Assembly: GCA_030390025.1 (NCBI GenBank)
Contig: CM059432.1
Span: forward strand, 8,370,001-8,434,000
DNA length: 64,000 bases
Reading direction: 5' to 3'
From: Squalus acanthias
Lineage: Eukaryota
Shown: positions 60,800-64,000 of the stretch, piece after piece
Layout of the letters: the number at the start of each line of letters is the position of its first letter
Numbering within the stretch: the first letter of the stretch is position 1
Made by a program: the position numbers and the translations under genes
The notes under the pieces: model-generated
Databases searched by the model: none
Seen by the model: only the letters and a program-made list of their open reading frames with translations
What the model was told of the DNA's origin: nothing

Positions 60800-61310
60800 C
60801 TGGTGTCTCCTAAGGATCTATCCTTGGCACCCTCCTATTTCTCATGTACATGCTGCCCCTCGGGGCGACATCATCTGAAATCACAGCATCAGTTTCTACA
60901 TGTACGCTGACGACACCCAGCTCTACCTCACTACCACTTCTCTCGACACCCCCCCACTCTCTCTAAGTTATCAGACTGCTTGTCCGACATCCAGTGCTGG
61001 ATGAGCAGAAATTTCCTCCAACTAAATATTGGGAAGACCGAAGCCATTGGCGGCCGTGCCTTCAGTTGCCTGGGCCCTCAGCTCTGGAATTCCCTCCCTA
61101 AACCTCTCCGCCTCTCTACCTCTCTCTCCTCCTTTAAGACGTTCCTTAAAACCTCCCTCTTTGACCAAGCTTTTGGTCACCTGCCTTAATATCTCCTTAT
61201 GTGGCTCGTGTCAAATTTTGTTTGATAATCGCTCCTGTGAAACGCCTTGGGACGTTTTACTACATTAAAGGTGCTATATAAATGCAAGTTGCTGTTGTTG
61301 TTGTTGTTTT
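60800..61310 (+). mobile_element. L2 RT fragment with large internal deletion
   Basis: YADDTQLY, then NFLQLNIGKTEAI fused to GGRAFSCLG. Confidence 0.88.
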
Positions 61311-62372
61311 GTTCTGCAGTATTTATTTAAACTGAATGCTGATGATAAGTGCAGGGTAACTGGCCTGGGGGAGTTACTGTGCGTTAGGCGGTCGTATTGA
61401 CATCACTGGAGACAATACTAACTAGTAGATGCTAGGCTTATTAACCTGGGATGGGGGGCGGGGGGGTTTCAGTAATTGTGTCATTTCAAATCTACGTTCA
61501 GCTCCCTGGCACCATCCTCCTGAATAGCTCTTCCAACTCAGTTCCTGATGATGTCAGCGACACTCACCATTAAACACAAACAGAAAAAAGTCATAATTAT
61601 TGTACGAATTTTGATTTCTAAGCGACACAATTAGCAAACTCCCTCTAGCAAATTAAGCCGAATCATTTGCATCTATTTTGCGATGAAGAATTTTAAGCAA
61701 GTTTGTGGTTACGACAGTGCTTATCAAATATATCAGTGCATCAGCGCAGTTCTAATAATATTCTTCACAAACAGGAGAAGATTTTCTCTGCGTGCTTGGT
61801 GACGAATAATTGTGAACAAGTTCTTTAAAAATTGGTCTTATATTTTTACTATGGCAAATGCACAAAGGAAAATATCCCCCATATTGCTTCTCGCCTCTCA
61901 TCTAACAGAATCTAATACCGCTTCCCAATAGCCTGTTCTATCAGTTTAACAAAGTAAATGAGTCCATGTTAATTTACTTTGGTTAGTCATATCTGCATAC
62001 TGTCTTTAACTAAGGGTGAAATCCTGACTACATATTTAAACTGTTGCTCATTTATTTTTAGAGCTAACAGCGGGGCCTGGAAATTCTGCCGCACCTGTGT
62101 CTGGATTTGTGCAGGGAGGTGGAGGACGATGCTGGGGTTGCCAACCCTCCAGGATCGGCCTGGAGTCTCCAGGAATTGAAGACTAATCTCCAGGATGCTG
62201 CTGCGAGAAATCCCCGGAGGAAAAGTAATCATAGGGGCAATGAAAAAAAACGATGCTGCCTTGTCAGTTTGAGCGATTTCAGCGTTTTTCACTTGAAGGA
62301 GTCTTCTGCCTCAGAAAAAATTATTCACTTTCATTTAGGTGAGATTTTAAAGTGCAACAATTCCATACTTCA

Positions 62373-63061
62373 ATGGGGGCTGTACTGGTACTGGACCTCG
62401 CCCTCCAGCGTCAACGTCGGAGGCAGCGGAGGCAGAGAGAGAGATTGCAAAATGTGGCCAGAAGGAGGAGGGCCAACAGGGCTCACAACAGGAGGCCTTA
62501 CCCTCCCAGGGTATTCCGGCAGCCTTTCTCCTGCATCAATTTCACTGAGGACCAGTGTCTTAGAAGGCTCCGCTTCACCAAGGACGTGGTCACAGAGCTC
62601 TGCCACCTCCTGCAGCCAGACCTCAAGCCTCGCATCAGGAGCACCACTGCTCTCTCAGTGGCAGTCAAGGTCACCGTCGCCCTCAATTTCTACACCTGCA
62701 GATCCTCCCAGCGTGCAACAGGAGACATATCTAACATATCGCAGTTCGCCGTCCATTGCAGCATCCGCGAAGTCACAGCTGCTCGCTACAGAAGGAGAAG
62801 GGACTACATTTCCTTCCCCATGACCAGAGAGATGCATCGCGAGCGTGCGTGTGGCTTTGCCAGGATAGTGAGCTTCCCCATGGTGCAGGGCGCCATTGAC
62901 TGCACCCACGTCGCTTTGCGGGCACCGCATAACAATCCTGAGGTCTTCCGTAACTGCAAACGCTACCACTCACTTAATGTGCAGTTGGTGTGTGACCACA
63001 GACAACAAATCCTCACCGTCAATGCTCACTATCCTGGCAGCAGCCATGATGCCTTCATCCT
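62373..63061 (+). pseudogene. Second Harbinger transposase, N-terminal 60 percent, truncated by CR1
   Basis: RPYPPRVFR..CLRRLRF.K..VTELCHLL..GAIDCTHVALRAP..YPGSSHDAFIL, then an abrupt switch to CR1 sequence. Confidence 0.92.
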
Positions 63062-63917
63062 GGTAAGTGTTTCTAGTTAATAGTCCATAAAGTAAAGGCA
63101 TGGCAGGGCAGCTCAGCCCCGTGGAATGCACATCCTGTGCCATGTGGGAAGTCCTGGACGCTCCTCGTGGTCTGGACAACCACGTGTGTGGGAAGTGTCG
63201 CCAGCTACAGCAGCTCGAGATCCGTGTTTCGGAGCTTGAGCGGCGGCTGGAGTCACTGCAGAAAGGCAGAAAGAGGGATGAGGTCCTGCAGGCAGACTAT
63301 AGGGAGCTAGGAAAGAGATTAAAAAGCAGGGCCTCAAAGGTAGTAATCTCTGGATTACTCCCGGTATCATGTGTTAGTGAGTACAGGAACAGGAGGATAG
63401 AGCGGATGAATGCGTGGCTGGAGAGATGGTGCAGGAGGGAGGGCTTTAGGCATTGGGACTGGTTCTGGGGGAGGTGGGACCTGTACAGGCCGGACGGGTT
63501 GCACCTCAACAGGACCGGGACCAATATCCTCGCGGTGGGGTTTGCTAGTGCTGTTGGGGAGGGTTTAAACTAGCTTGGCAGGGGGATGGGAACCTGAGAG
63601 TGGATTCAGAAGGGAGAGATGCAAAGCTGGAAATGGAAGGCAGAAAATGAGTAAGCGAGTTTCGAAGGCAGAGGAAACAATCGCTAGAAAATAGACAACA
63701 AGGGAGTTTGGCAGTACTAAATGGTATACACTTCAACACAAGGAGTTTAGGGAATAAAACAGATGAGCTGAGGGCACAGATAGACACGTGGGAGTATGAT
63801 ATTATAGCTATTACTGAGACATGGCTGAAAGGAGGGCAGGAATGGCAGCTCAACATTCCTGGTTACAGGGTTTTCAGACGAGATAGAGAGGGGGATAAAA
63901 AAGGAGGGGGGGTCGCA
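63062..63917 (+). mobile_element. CR1 5' region: ORF1 (zinc knuckle/leucine zipper plus partial SGNH esterase) and start of ORF2 AP endonuclease
   Basis: VECTSC.MWE..HVCGKC..LE.RVSELERRL; VVISGLLP..DGLHLN; N.RSLGNK.DEL..DIIAITETWL..GGGVA. Confidence 0.92.
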
Positions 63918-64000
63918 ATAGAAACATAGAAACATAGAAGATAGGAGCAGGAGTAGGCCATTCGGCCCCTCTAGCCTGCTCCGCCATTCGATGAGATCAT
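63918..64000 (-). mobile_element. CR1 3' tail (runs off the window)
   Basis: (CATAGAAA)n followed by the CR1 3' UTR hairpin region. Confidence 0.85.

Overview
Repeat-dense vertebrate genomic DNA. It is very likely from a cartilaginous fish (shark), inferred from the Deu-domain tRNA SINEs and the CR1/L2 families present. No host protein-coding gene could be recognised, and nearly all ORFs in the supplied track are transposon fragments, their antisense frames, or tandem-repeat artefacts. Contents: many 5'-truncated CR1 and L2 LINEs; SacSINE1/DeuSINE-like SINEs; one RTE fragment; LTR remnants; two Penelope-like element (PLE) families carrying six minimal hammerhead ribozyme cores, two of the insertions built as inverted repeats with a shared structured 3' tail; a decayed two-gene PIF/Harbinger transposon (DDE transposase plus spliced Myb/SANT gene) with related MITEs and a second transposase paralogue; a 1.45 kb 15-mer minisatellite; a CpG-rich array of seven CCAAT boxes resembling a promoter; and a recent ~550 bp local duplication. 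All calls were made by eye, and LINE/SINE boundaries are approximate (tens of bases).
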